Of a stretch of 64,000 nucleotides of DNA, positions 1 to 9,958 are shown in pieces. This stretch comes from a virus. The notes beneath the pieces were generated by a model that worked only from the letters and a program-made list of their open reading frames with translations, was not told the origin of the DNA and did not search any database. The stretch is taken from the IMG/VR virus record IMGVR_UViG_3300020057_000027, positions 32,001-96,000 of that record. One strand, written 5' to 3'. Made by a program: the position numbers and the translations under genes. Position 1 is the first letter of the stretch. Each line of letters opens with the position of its first letter.

Positions 1-62
1 AGATTGAGTTCAGAAAATTGGATAGAATATAAATTTCAGCAGTTTCAAAACGGAGATAGTCA

Positions 63-953
63 ATGGAAAAAAAACGAAGATTACGCCCATTTTTTAAATG
101 GTCAGGCGGCAAATCAAAAGAGTTGCCCAAGATCAGGAATTATTATCCGAAGGAATACAACATTAGAAGATATATTGAACCCTTCGTTGGAGGCGGCGCA
201 GCCTGGTTAGCAATTAATCATGATATTAATATTATTAATGATTTTAATCCTGAAGTAGCTAATTTTTATAGAATATTAAAATCCGACACTAATAAACTTA
301 TAACTTCTATTAATTTTTTGGTTGATGAATATAATTCTTATGATAAAAAACTTTTAACAAAAACTGAATTCCAAACTTTAGGTGATAAATTTTATTATAA
401 TTATAGAGATATTCCAGCCAAGAATGATTTTGATGCCGCACTTGGTTTTTATTTTATACGACAATTATCCTTTTCAGGAATGATTAGATATAATAGTAAA
501 GGACAGTTTAATGTTCCTTTTGGTTGGTATAAAAAAATGCATGGTATTAATCAAGAAGAAAAATTGATAAAAAATATATTAAACAACACAGAAATATTAT
601 GCGGAGATTGGAAGAAATCAGTTCAAAATTCTTCTTCAGAAGATTTTATATTTTTAGATCCACCATACACAACAACATTTAAAGATTATAATTTTGGAGC
701 TGGTTCTGCTTTTGGAAAAGAACAACATATTGAATTATATGATTGGTTTGCTAATACATCATCAAAAGTATTAATTATATTGAATTATGATGATTTTACT
801 GGTAAACTATATGAAAATCATATTAAAGAAAAATATGGTCATAATTATAGTATAAAATATAAAGACAGAGTTAGTAAAGAGGATAGTGCTAATATACATT
901 TTGTTGCTACTAATTATGATGTTAAAATTAAAAAAGATAGTATATTAGAATAA
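63..953 (+). CDS. dam: DNA adenine methyltransferase (Dam/D12 class)
   Basis: FKWSGGKS, YIEPFVGGGA, RYNSKGQFNVPFG and FLDPPY motifs. Confidence 0.9.
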   Translation: MEKKRRLRPFFKWSGGKSKELPKIRNYYPKEYNIRRYIEPFVGGGAAWLAINHDINIINDFNPEVANFYRILKSDTNKLITSINFLVDEYNSYDKKLLTKTEFQTLGDKFYYNYRDIPAKNDFDAALGFYFIRQLSFSGMIRYNSKGQFNVPFGWYKKMHGINQEEKLIKNILNNTEILCGDWKKSVQNSSSEDFIFLDPPYTTTFKDYNFGAGSAFGKEQHIELYDWFANTSSKVLIILNYDDFTGKLYENHIKEKYGHNYSIKYKDRVSKEDSANIHFVATNYDVKIKKDSILE

Positions 954-954
954 T

Positions 955-2064
955 ATGAATGATTTAAGTAAACTTTCAGACGCCGAGTTAAAGAACGAAG
1001 CTCGGCGTCTTTCATTTGATATCTCCAAGTATAATAATTATCAGACCACAAAAAAGGTTCAATTGAATTCTGCTTATGGTGCTATGGGTAATCAATATTT
1101 TAGATTCTATGATGTTCGTTTGGCAGAAGCGGTAACTTTATCTGGACAATTAGTCATTCAGTGGCTAGCTAATGATATCAATGCGTATCTTAATACCCTG
1201 TTAAAGACATCCAAGGTTGATTATATCGTTGCTAGTGACACAGATTCGCTCTATATTCGCTTAGATGGGTTGGTTAATGCTGCTTATGGTGGTAAGCTCC
1301 CAGAAGACCGTAGCAAGGTCGTAGACCTATTAGACAAGGTAGCTGAAGACAAGCTACAGAAGGTCATAGACAAGTCGTGTGAGAGTTTAAAGACTTATCT
1401 CAATGCGTTCTCACAGAAGATGGTAATGAAGCGCGAGAGCATTGCAGACAAAGGTATTTGGACAGCAAAGAAAAATTACATCTTAAATGTTTGGGATAGT
1501 GAGGGTGTTAGATATGATAAACCAAAACTAAAAGTTATGGGTATATCAGCAATCAGATCGTCCACTCCAGAGGTATGTAGAAATCATATTAAGAAAGCAA
1601 TTGAAATAGTGATGACTCAGAGACAAGTAGATCTTCACAAGTACATCGCAGAATTTAAGAAAGACTTCAAAAACCTTCCACCTGAAGAGGTTGCGTTCCC
1701 TCGTGGCTTGAATACGTTTGATGAGAAAGAAACTTTCGGAAGTAAGACTACAATGTCCATCCACGCCAGAGGTGCTTTGCTTTATAATGAACTAATAAAG
1801 AAAAACAAACTAAACAAAAAATACCCTTGCATCCAAGAGGGAGATAAGGTAAAATTCATATATCTGAAACAACCGAATGTTGTTCACAGTCACGTTATAA
1901 CTATGGCAGAAGAAGGTCTACCAAAAGAATTAAACTTACATAAGTATGTTGATTATGATGTACAGTTTGAAAAGAGTTTTCTTGATCCGTTGAAGATCAT
2001 TCTTAATTCTATTAAATGGACGACAAAGAAGGTTTCAACTTTAGAAGATATATTTGGAGATTAA
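955..2064 (+). CDS. 43: Family B DNA polymerase, C-terminal half of split gp43 (gp43B)
   Basis: KKVQLNSAYGAMGN (motif B) and SDTDSLY (motif C); begins in the fingers domain; ends in clamp-binding motif TLEDIF. Confidence 0.93.
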   Translation: MNDLSKLSDAELKNEARRLSFDISKYNNYQTTKKVQLNSAYGAMGNQYFRFYDVRLAEAVTLSGQLVIQWLANDINAYLNTLLKTSKVDYIVASDTDSLYIRLDGLVNAAYGGKLPEDRSKVVDLLDKVAEDKLQKVIDKSCESLKTYLNAFSQKMVMKRESIADKGIWTAKKNYILNVWDSEGVRYDKPKLKVMGISAIRSSTPEVCRNHIKKAIEIVMTQRQVDLHKYIAEFKKDFKNLPPEEVAFPRGLNTFDEKETFGSKTTMSIHARGALLYNELIKKNKLNKKYPCIQEGDKVKFIYLKQPNVVHSHVITMAEEGLPKELNLHKYVDYDVQFEKSFLDPLKIILNSIKWTTKKVSTLEDIFGD

Positions 2065-2065
2065 T

Positions 2066-3130
2066 ATGGCGAAAGATAATTTTTTTGGAGAGCTTGATAA
2101 GCTATTAGAAAATGAATATGCTGGTATTGCCGATGACGGTACTTCTGCTGATGTTGTTGGTTTTCTTGATACCGGCAGTTACATTCTCAATGCTCTTTAT
2201 AGTGGTAGCATCTTTAGAGGTATGCCAGCGAATAAGATATCTGCATTGGCTGGCGAAGAGTCTACAGGTAAGACTTTCTTCATGCTTGCAATACTTAAAA
2301 ACTTTCTTGAAGATCCGAAAGCCGTAGCAATCATATTTGAATCAGAAGGTTCAATCACAAAAGAAATAATGTCCGAACGTGGTATTGATACCAAACGTGT
2401 TTATATTGTTCCAGTTGAAACTATTCAACAGTTTAAAACTCAGGCGGTGCGAGTAGTTGAAAAGCATTTGAAGACTCCAGAAAAGGAAAAGCGGCCCTTG
2501 TTTATGGCATTAGATTCTCTCGGAATGTTATCTACAACTAAAGAGATGGCAGATTCAGAGAGTGGCAAGGAAGTAAAAGATATGACTCGTACCCAAGAAA
2601 TAAGGGCCGCTTTTCGTGTTCTGACTTTGAAGCTAAGTAAAGCAAAGATTCCTCTGGTGGTAACTAATCACGTTTATCAATCTGTAGGTTCATTCTTTCC
2701 AACTAAAGAAATGGCTGGCGGTGGTGGTTTGAAGTATGCCGCCAATAATATTATTACACTTGGCAAAGCTAAAGAGAAAGATGCTGATGGAACTGTAACA
2801 GGTGCTATCATTAGATGTAAGGTTATGAAGTCCCGCTTAACTAGAGAGCAGATTGAAGCTAGGGTTCTTCTATCGTTTGATAGAGGTCTAGATCGCTTCT
2901 ATGGTTTGCTTGAAGTAGCATTAGAGCATAAGATCTTTGAAAAGGTAGTAAACAAAGTAAAACTGCCAGATGGCACATTAGTGTTTGAAAAAGTTATTCT
3001 TAAGAATCCAGAAAAGTATTTCACTGAAGAGATCTTAAAGAAGATTGATGTTTGTGTTGGAGGAGACTTTAAGTTTGGCACTACGATTGATACAGAGGAC
3101 GTTGTAGAGGAGATTCTTCTTAATGAATAA
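2066..3130 (+). CDS. uvsX: UvsX RecA-like recombinase
   Basis: Walker A GEESTGKT, LDSLGML, VTNHVY, GGGGLKYAA; T4 synteny. Confidence 0.93.
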   Translation: MAKDNFFGELDKLLENEYAGIADDGTSADVVGFLDTGSYILNALYSGSIFRGMPANKISALAGEESTGKTFFMLAILKNFLEDPKAVAIIFESEGSITKEIMSERGIDTKRVYIVPVETIQQFKTQAVRVVEKHLKTPEKEKRPLFMALDSLGMLSTTKEMADSESGKEVKDMTRTQEIRAAFRVLTLKLSKAKIPLVVTNHVYQSVGSFFPTKEMAGGGGLKYAANNIITLGKAKEKDADGTVTGAIIRCKVMKSRLTREQIEARVLLSFDRGLDRFYGLLEVALEHKIFEKVVNKVKLPDGTLVFEKVILKNPEKYFTEEILKKIDVCVGGDFKFGTTIDTEDVVEEILLNE

Positions 3131-3260
3131 ACAAGCTAAAATTAAATTGGTTAAATTATTAAATAAACTTAACGAAATGCCACAACACGAATGGCACAAG
3201 AAAGAATTGATTATGGCCGAAATGCTTACTATCATAGCAGAGGAAATTTGTGACAGTTGA
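3123..3260 (+). CDS. Small hypothetical protein (45 aa, MNKQAKIKLV...)
   Basis: Read manually; fills the gap and overlaps both neighbours. Confidence 0.5.
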   Translation: MNKQAKIKLVKLLNKLNEMPQHEWHKKELIMAEMLTIIAEEICDS

Positions 3261-3603
3261 AATAAAAGAAAAATATAAAATCAAATATGATCCTAATGAT
3301 AAGGCTAGATGGTTTGTTCAGCTAACAGATCTAGCTGGAGTCTTTGCTGGCGTGATGTATGGTTATGGAGCATTTAGAATTAAAGAGCCAGAAAGTCCAG
3401 ATGGTAATTTGATGTTTAGTTTTGAACGAGATATTCTATACGTACCAGAAGGCCTGAAAGGTAAAGAGTTATCAGATGATCAAGAAAAAGAATTTACTAT
3501 ATTGCTTGGCTCAATACTATATGATATACTACAAGACAACCTCAATAAAGTTTCAGAACGAGGCGATAAGCTAGTCTTGGAGTTAGAGTCTAATGATAAA
3601 TGA
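3250..3603 (+). CDS. Putative gp40-like head vertex assembly chaperone
   Basis: Size and position between uvsX and gp41. Confidence 0.55.
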   Translation: MTVEIKEKYKIKYDPNDKARWFVQLTDLAGVFAGVMYGYGAFRIKEPESPDGNLMFSFERDILYVPEGLKGKELSDDQEKEFTILLGSILYDILQDNLNKVSERGDKLVLELESNDK

Positions 3604-4951
3604 TAGAGTTGAAATATTAATCATAAAGAATTTATTCTTTAATGAACCATATACAAGAGAAGTTCTTCCTTTTATAATGCCTGAATATTTTTCTGATGAA
3701 GCTGAAAGAACGCTTGTCACAAAAATAAAAACCTTTATAACTAATTTCAATCATCTTCCTACTCGTGAAGCTATTATCATTCAGGTATCTAATGATACAA
3801 AACTATCACAACCAACAGAAGATAAAATTAGAGAGATTGTTTCTAATTTAAATAATGATGAGAAAAGTGATCCTAAATTCTTAATAGAAGAATCACAAAA
3901 GTTTTGCCAACAAAAAGCATTGGTAAATGCTGTATACAGTACAGTTGATATATTAGAAGACCCTAAGAAAGAGAAAGGTATAATTCCTAAACTACTTAGT
4001 GATGCACTTGCTGTATCCTTTGATCCGAGTGTTGGTCATAGTTATCTTGATGATGCTGATGCAAGATTTGAAACTTATCATAAAACAGAAGAGAAGTTTC
4101 CATTTGACCTATCATATTTTAATAAGATTACTAGGGGTGGTGTTCCAAGAAAGACTTTAAATGTTATTCTTGCTGGAACTGCTGTAGGTAAATCACTTGC
4201 AATGTGCCATATGGCAGGCTCATATTTAATGTCGGGCAAAGATGTTCTATACATTACACTTGAAATGGCACAAGAAAGAATAGCAGAACGTATTGATGCT
4301 AATCTATTGAACGTATCAATGCAGGATCTAGCATCATTACCTAAAGATCTTTATGATAAAAAGATTGCTGCTATTAAAAGTAAAACAGTTGGTAGATTTT
4401 TCATCAAAGAATATCCTACTGCCACAGCATCCGCAACAAACTTTAGAGCATTGTTAAATGAACTTGCATTAAAGAAATCTTTTAGACCTGATGTAATCTT
4501 TGTTGATTATCTGAACATCGCAACAAGTAGCCGACTAGGTAATAATCAAACGGTAAACTCATACACATATGTAAAGAGTATAGCAGAAGAACTTAGAGGT
4601 ATGGCAGTAGAGTTTAATGTTCCAATTTGGACTGCTACACAAACTAATCGCTGTCTAACATTAGATAGTAGCATTATAACTAAAAAAGGTACATTACCTT
4701 TAGGTGATATTAAAGTGGGAGATAGTGTGTTATCTGATGTTGGTTGGAATAATGTTTTGCGTGTGTATCCAATAGAAAAACAGAAAACATATCTTATCAA
4801 AACAAAGTCAGGTAAAACTATAAAATGTTCTGCTAGACATTTATTTCCTTCTAGCGGTGGTTTATTGTCTATTGATAGTGGTCTTAAAATCGGGGATGGT
4901 CTGCAAAACAGAGATGATAAAAAAAGTAATGAAAAATGGAATGTTTTTTGA
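3593..4951 (+). CDS. 41: gp41 replicative helicase N-terminal part fused to split intein N-half
   Basis: AGTAVGKS Walker A, YITLEMA, VDYLNI, WTATQTNR, followed by CLTLDS intein block A. Confidence 0.93.
   Translation: MINDRVEILIIKNLFFNEPYTREVLPFIMPEYFSDEAERTLVTKIKTFITNFNHLPTREAIIIQVSNDTKLSQPTEDKIREIVSNLNNDEKSDPKFLIEESQKFCQQKALVNAVYSTVDILEDPKKEKGIIPKLLSDALAVSFDPSVGHSYLDDADARFETYHKTEEKFPFDLSYFNKITRGGVPRKTLNVILAGTAVGKSLAMCHMAGSYLMSGKDVLYITLEMAQERIAERIDANLLNVSMQDLASLPKDLYDKKIAAIKSKTVGRFFIKEYPTATASATNFRALLNELALKKSFRPDVIFVDYLNIATSSRLGNNQTVNSYTYVKSIAEELRGMAVEFNVPIWTATQTNRCLTLDSSIITKKGTLPLGDIKVGDSVLSDVGWNNVLRVYPIEKQKTYLIKTKSGKTIKCSARHLFPSSGGLLSIDSGLKIGDGLQNRDDKKSNEKWNVF
4652..4948 (+). mobile_element. 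Split intein N-fragment in gp41 (99 aa)
   Basis: CLTLDSSIITKKG...IKVGDSVLS...IKCSARHLF (blocks A and B), then a stop. Confidence 0.9.
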
Positions 4952-4965
4952 AAAAATGGATTTAT

Positions 4966-5445
4966 ATGTTTGATGAAATAGTAGAAATTGTTGAAATTGG
5001 ATACGAAGACGTTGTGGATATTGAAGTGTCCGGTAATAATTTATTTTATGCCAATGACATCTTAACGCATAATTCAGGCTTTGTATCCACTGATATTGGA
5101 TTAGAAAACACCTCCGAGAGTTTTGGTTTACCGGCCACGGCAGATTTTATGGTTGCACTTTGGACTACAGAAGAGTTAGAAAAACTTGGACAAATAGTTG
5201 TAAAACAACTCAAAAACAGGTATAATGATGTAACAACATATAAAAAGTTTGTAGTTGGAATAGATCGATCTAAGATGAGATTATTTGATCTTGATGAAAG
5301 CGCACAAAAAGGTTTACAAGATTCTGGCACAGGCGATGACAAAGACGATGATGTTCCAGCATTTGATAAATCAAAATTTGGTAATGGGATGAAAGCAGAA
5401 AATAAAGTTTATGACAAGTCTAAATTCTCCGATGTTAATTTTTAG
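4966..5445 (+). CDS. 41: Split intein C-half (36 aa) fused to gp41 helicase C-terminal part
   Basis: MFDEIVEI...DIEVSGNNLFYANDILTHN/S, then SESFGLPATADFM and KQLKNRYND. Confidence 0.92.
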   Translation: MFDEIVEIVEIGYEDVVDIEVSGNNLFYANDILTHNSGFVSTDIGLENTSESFGLPATADFMVALWTTEELEKLGQIVVKQLKNRYNDVTTYKKFVVGIDRSKMRLFDLDESAQKGLQDSGTGDDKDDDVPAFDKSKFGNGMKAENKVYDKSKFSDVNF

Positions 5446-5983
5446 ATAACTTCTTTGCCATATATTTGTTAATATTTAATTGTCTACACGCCTCTCTAAT
5501 ACTTACATATTCTATATTGTTTATAGTAATTGGTTTTCTATTGGGTTGTAGCATTTGATTTCCTTTACTTTTGGATGATTTTTCTTTAAAAATTGTTTTT
5601 GTTTTTTTGGTATGTTTCTTTCCATAAAAGGGATTATTAATTCCTTTTCTTTGTTTACTTAATTTATCTTTCTGTTTTTGTGTCCAGCTTCTACCACAAG
5701 TTCCATCTCCACCTTCAGTTGAATTAAATCCACATTTGAATGTGTTGTATTTTTTAATATATTCTTTTTCCTTGTTTTTTGCTTCTATTTGTGTTAAACT
5801 ATCTTCTAATATGATAAAAGAAAATGAATCCCATCCATATTTGCCTATGGCATTAGATATGTGGGTATTGATGTGTTTATATGAATGTTTGTGCCAACAT
5901 TTTCTGGCTGTAGGATCTTTACTCAATCCTATATATTTACGTCCTGAAATAATATGTTCTAAACAATAGATAGACCAATTCAT
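5435..5983 (-). CDS. GIY-YIG homing endonuclease (Seg-like, NUMOD3/NUMOD1 tails)
   Basis: SIYCL...KYIGLS, GFNSTEGGDG, NNPFYGKKHT, YVSIREACRQL. Confidence 0.88.
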   Translation of the reverse strand: MNWSIYCLEHIISGRKYIGLSKDPTARKCWHKHSYKHINTHISNAIGKYGWDSFSFIILEDSLTQIEAKNKEKEYIKKYNTFKCGFNSTEGGDGTCGRSWTQKQKDKLSKQRKGINNPFYGKKHTKKTKTIFKEKSSKSKGNQMLQPNRKPITINNIEYVSIREACRQLNINKYMAKKLSKN

Positions 5984-6835
5984 ATGAATAATACTTCAAC
6001 AGTAGATGATAATAAGTATTTAGTGAATCCTCCATTTAAGTGGGTTGGTGGAAAAAGAAGATTATTACCAAAAATAGTACCTTTACTTCCAGAAAAATAT
6101 AATGGTTATTATGAGCCATTCTTGGGTGGTGGTGCCCTATTCTTCCATCTTCAACCTAAAGAAGCATATATCTCAGATGTTAATGCTGAATTGATTAATG
6201 CGTATCAAACTATTAAAAATCGTTTAAGTCTTTTAATTGTAGAATTAAATAAGTATGAAAATAATGAAGATTACTTTTTATCAGTCAGAGAACTTGATAG
6301 AGATCCTAAAGTGTTTTCTAAGCTTAGTTCAGTTCAACGTGCTGCCAGGTTTATTTACTTAAACAAAACTTGTTTCAATGGTTTGTATAGAGTAAACTCA
6401 AAAGGCCAGTTCAATGTTCCATTCGGACATTATAGTTCACCAAACTTCTTAGATATAGAAAATCTTAATGCGTGTTCACTAGCATTAAAAAATACTACGA
6501 TATCATGTGAAAGTTTTACTTCTGTTTTAAGTTATGCTGAATATGGAGATTTTGTTTACTTTGACCCTCCATATATTCCAGATGGTATCAGTTCAACTTT
6601 TACCCAATATACTAAAGATGGTTTTGGTATGATTGAACAACAAGAGTTATTAGATGTTTGTCATCTATTAGATGCTCGTGGAGTTAAATGGATGCTTTCT
6701 AATTCTTCTGCTCCGATAGTCTATACTATGTACGAAAAGTTTAACATTGACACAGTAGAGGTTAATAGAAGCGTTGGTGCTAGTGCTGAGAGCCGCAGAA
6801 AGGTGAACGAAGTCATAGTCAGAAATTATAAGTAA
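5984..6835 (+). CDS. dam: DNA adenine methyltransferase (second Dam-like)
   Basis: FKWVGGKRRL, YEPFLGGGA, YLNKTCFNGLYRVN, YFDPPY. Confidence 0.92.
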   Translation: MNNTSTVDDNKYLVNPPFKWVGGKRRLLPKIVPLLPEKYNGYYEPFLGGGALFFHLQPKEAYISDVNAELINAYQTIKNRLSLLIVELNKYENNEDYFLSVRELDRDPKVFSKLSSVQRAARFIYLNKTCFNGLYRVNSKGQFNVPFGHYSSPNFLDIENLNACSLALKNTTISCESFTSVLSYAEYGDFVYFDPPYIPDGISSTFTQYTKDGFGMIEQQELLDVCHLLDARGVKWMLSNSSAPIVYTMYEKFNIDTVEVNRSVGASAESRRKVNEVIVRNYK

Positions 6836-6905
6836 ACTAATTTGGATTCAGACGGCACCTTATTGCGATAAATATAATAAGGTTAATACAATGTTTGGAA
6901 TCTGA

Positions 6906-8126
6906 ATGATTACGTTTAAGAAATACATAACAGAAGCCGCAGAGGGTAAGAATACCCATCTTGAACACATAGAAGACGAAGTGTTCAATGGTGGTATTGC
7001 TGGCACACGTAAGGCGATTGCTTTCTTAATCAGTCTTAGAAAGATGTTAGCTGGACACGCTAAAAGCAAAGTCAACGTAACGGCCAAGTGGGATGGCTCT
7101 CCAGCCATTATCTGCGGAATCGCCCCTGAAAGCGGTAGGTTTTTTGTTGGTACTAAAAGTGTATTCAATAAAGACGGCAAGATCAATCACACAGTAGCAG
7201 ACATAGAAAGAAACCACACAGATCCGGTATTACGAGATAAACTTGCGATGTGTTTGCAGCATCTCCCTAAATTGGGTATTAAAGGTATTCTTCAGGGTGA
7301 TTTACTTTTCACTCAAGGTGACGTTAAAACAGTAGATATAGGCGGCGAATCACATCTAGCATTCAGACCTAATACTATCACATATACAGTACCGACCAAT
7401 AGTGAGCTAGCTAATACAATATCAGCAGCTAAACTTGGTATAGTGTTTCATACATCTTATACTGGACAAAGCATTCTCACATCCAAGGCATCGTTCGGTG
7501 TTGATTCATCAAAATTAAAATACACACCAGACGTTTGGGCTACTGATGCAACATTTAGAAACGTGTCAGGCACAGCAACATTAACTAAAGACGAAACAGA
7601 AGAAGTTACCGCCTTGTTGGTTGCCATCAAGCAACAATTTTCATCAATGGATTCTAAAGTGGTAAACTATATCGCATCAAATCTAAATCTAAGATCCCTA
7701 ATCAAAATGTATAGTAATAGTCAAATTAGAGTTGGTGTGGGTATCACAGGTAGCCAAGCATATGCAGCAGGTTTGGTGGATTTTATCGAGCAGCGATATA
7801 GAAAAGATGTGTCAACACTCAAGACGGAAAAAGGCAAAGCGGGAAAAGAACTAGTATTGAATGAACTTAAAGAACTGCTTCGTGAGCACTCAGATCAACT
7901 GATTTTAATGTTTAGTGTCGCACAACTAATTGCCGAAGCTAAGAGTTTATTAATAGCCAAACTTAAAACAGTTAAAAGTTTAGGCACGTTCTTAGAAACC
8001 CCCGATGGGTTTAAGGTGATATCCCCAGAAGGCTTTGTCGCTATCAATGCAAGTGGCTCGGCAGTCAAACTGGTTGACCGACTGGAGTTTTCTCGTAACA
8101 ACTTCAATCTAGCAAAAACGTGGTAA
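6906..8126 (+). CDS. Conserved T4-like phage protein (DUF6267-like; KWDG motif suggests a ligase/nucleotidyltransferase-like fold)
   Basis: KNTHLEHIED, TAKWDGSPA, PEGFVA, KLVDRLEFS; N-terminal MITFKKYITE. Confidence 0.6.
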   Translation: MITFKKYITEAAEGKNTHLEHIEDEVFNGGIAGTRKAIAFLISLRKMLAGHAKSKVNVTAKWDGSPAIICGIAPESGRFFVGTKSVFNKDGKINHTVADIERNHTDPVLRDKLAMCLQHLPKLGIKGILQGDLLFTQGDVKTVDIGGESHLAFRPNTITYTVPTNSELANTISAAKLGIVFHTSYTGQSILTSKASFGVDSSKLKYTPDVWATDATFRNVSGTATLTKDETEEVTALLVAIKQQFSSMDSKVVNYIASNLNLRSLIKMYSNSQIRVGVGITGSQAYAAGLVDFIEQRYRKDVSTLKTEKGKAGKELVLNELKELLREHSDQLILMFSVAQLIAEAKSLLIAKLKTVKSLGTFLETPDGFKVISPEGFVAINASGSAVKLVDRLEFSRNNFNLAKTW

Positions 8127-8127
8127 T

Positions 8128-8472
8128 ATGTACGAATATAAAGCAAAAGTATTAGAAGTAATAGACGGCGATACGATAGATGTTATTATTGATCTTGGTT
8201 TTGATGTTAAGTTCGTTTCAAGATTGCGTCTGTATGGTATTAATTGTCCAGAGAGTAGAACTAGAGACAAAGTAGAAAAAGTAAAAGGCCTAGCTGCCAA
8301 AGCAAGATTGAAAGCTCTTATACAAGATAAAGAAGTTGTAGTAAATACATTCAAAGATAAAGAAGAAAAGTTTGGTAGAATGTTAGCAAACATTACATTA
8401 GATGGTACACTTATTAATGATCAATTAATTGTTGAAGGTCACGCCGTAGCTTATTTTGGAGGCAAACGATAA
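8128..8472 (+). CDS. Thermonuclease (SNase-like)
   Basis: VIDGDTID, RLRLYGINCPE, KFGRMLA. Confidence 0.88.
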   Translation: MYEYKAKVLEVIDGDTIDVIIDLGFDVKFVSRLRLYGINCPESRTRDKVEKVKGLAAKARLKALIQDKEVVVNTFKDKEEKFGRMLANITLDGTLINDQLIVEGHAVAYFGGKR

Positions 8473-8903
8473 TGAAAGCATTTACACAATATCTAAAAGA
8501 AGCTTCGGGTGATAAAGTTGGTGAGCCGCATACTCCACTTAAAGGACACACAGACGAAAAGACTGCATTTGTTGTTGATGATTATCCTTACGGATTTCAT
8601 GCAAGAACACAAATTAGATATTGGGTAGAATATAAGAAAGGTAAAGGTTGGAGATTTGTAGCTCAAACACTAGACCCAAAAAGACAAAGATGGAATAAAC
8701 CTAAAGCAGAAACCTACGTAGATTTTGGTGGGTTCATGTTTAAAGATGCTAAGGGTTTTGTTGGCTTCAAAGGACTTAGTCAATATTCAGATTTAGAAGA
8801 GCAAAAGCATTGGTTGCAACATTATAGAAACTATCTTGACAGTACGGGCATAGCAGTGATAGAATATATCATAAAGCGAAAGACTGAAATGGAAGCAAAA
8901 TGA
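8472..8903 (+). CDS. Hypothetical protein, possible internal virion protein
   Basis: N-terminal MKAFTQYLKE capsid-targeting-like motif. Confidence 0.55.
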   Translation: MKAFTQYLKEASGDKVGEPHTPLKGHTDEKTAFVVDDYPYGFHARTQIRYWVEYKKGKGWRFVAQTLDPKRQRWNKPKAETYVDFGGFMFKDAKGFVGFKGLSQYSDLEEQKHWLQHYRNYLDSTGIAVIEYIIKRKTEMEAK

Positions 8904-8945
8904 AAGCTAATCCACCCACACATACGATTAAACAATACGAATAAT

Positions 8946-9947
8946 ATGAAGACTCTTTCTGAAATACGACAAGCAAAGACTGCCGTATTTACCTTTGGTA
9001 GAATGAATCCGCCTACGGCAGGACATGAAAAACTCATTCGCAAAGTATTAGATGTTGCTCATTCTAAAGGTGCTGATCCTTTTGTGTACGTTTCTTTTAC
9101 ACAAGACCCATCAAAGAATCCATTAACAAACAAACAGAAAATTAAGTATATCAGACTTGGTGTTCCAGAAGCCGCTAAAGCAATTAAAGAAGACCCTAAA
9201 GTAAGAACACCATATCAAGCAATAACTAGATTAATTGAATTAGGTTATCAACATATTATAATGGTAGTTGGTGATGATAGAGTAAAACAATTTAGAAAAG
9301 AAATTACTCCATATGTTAATCATCCAGATAAGAAAAAATCATTTGAAATTGATAAGTTTGAAGTAGTATCAGCAGGAGAAAGAGATCCTGATGATGAGGG
9401 TGTGACAGGTATCAGTGGCACTAAGATGCGTGAAGCTGCCATTCATAACAAATATTCAAATTTTCGTCAAGGCGTTCCTTCTGGTTTAAGTGATCGTTTC
9501 TCAAGAGAAATGTTTGAGCTAGTTAAAAAAGGAATGAAGATCGCTGAATCAATACTACGAACACAAGGTAGTCTTAATATACCAAGAAATAAGATGCCTC
9601 AGATCATGCAAGATCATATTAAAGAGTTTATTAAAGAGTTAGAGAAAGAAGGTATTCCAGTTAGCATGAGAAGTGTTCCTATAAGCACGTTGAAACCTAC
9701 TCAGAAAGAAGTAAACAGCGAGAAGATTTTGAAAAAAATGGATGCATTAAGTTCAGGTGCTACTCCCAAGCCGTTCATTATATCAATAGACAATTTCGTT
9801 TTAGATGGGCATCATCAATTTTATGCTCTAAAAGAGTTAGATTCCAAGAGTAAAGTTGTAGCTTACATTGTTGGATTAAAAATGAATGAGCTATTAAAGT
9901 ATGCCCATGATTTTGATAAAGTTGGGTATAAAGAAATAGACGAATAA
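8946..9947 (+). CDS. Cytidylyltransferase-like (HxGH) protein with C-terminal ParB/Srx-like domain
   Basis: TFGRMNPPTAGHEKL, ISGTKMRE; C-terminal LKPTQ...VLDGHH. Confidence 0.8.
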   Translation: MKTLSEIRQAKTAVFTFGRMNPPTAGHEKLIRKVLDVAHSKGADPFVYVSFTQDPSKNPLTNKQKIKYIRLGVPEAAKAIKEDPKVRTPYQAITRLIELGYQHIIMVVGDDRVKQFRKEITPYVNHPDKKKSFEIDKFEVVSAGERDPDDEGVTGISGTKMREAAIHNKYSNFRQGVPSGLSDRFSREMFELVKKGMKIAESILRTQGSLNIPRNKMPQIMQDHIKEFIKELEKEGIPVSMRSVPISTLKPTQKEVNSEKILKKMDALSSGATPKPFIISIDNFVLDGHHQFYALKELDSKSKVVAYIVGLKMNELLKYAHDFDKVGYKEIDE

Positions 9948-9958
9948 ATAGAGGTACT

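Noticed and set aside
4940-4975. Stop-codon recoding or assembly error as the cause of the gp41 and nrdJ breaks
   Set aside because: Both breaks fall between intein N- and C-blocks, and the C-halves have their own ATG and RBS; no suppressor tRNA; all three stop codons end genes normally
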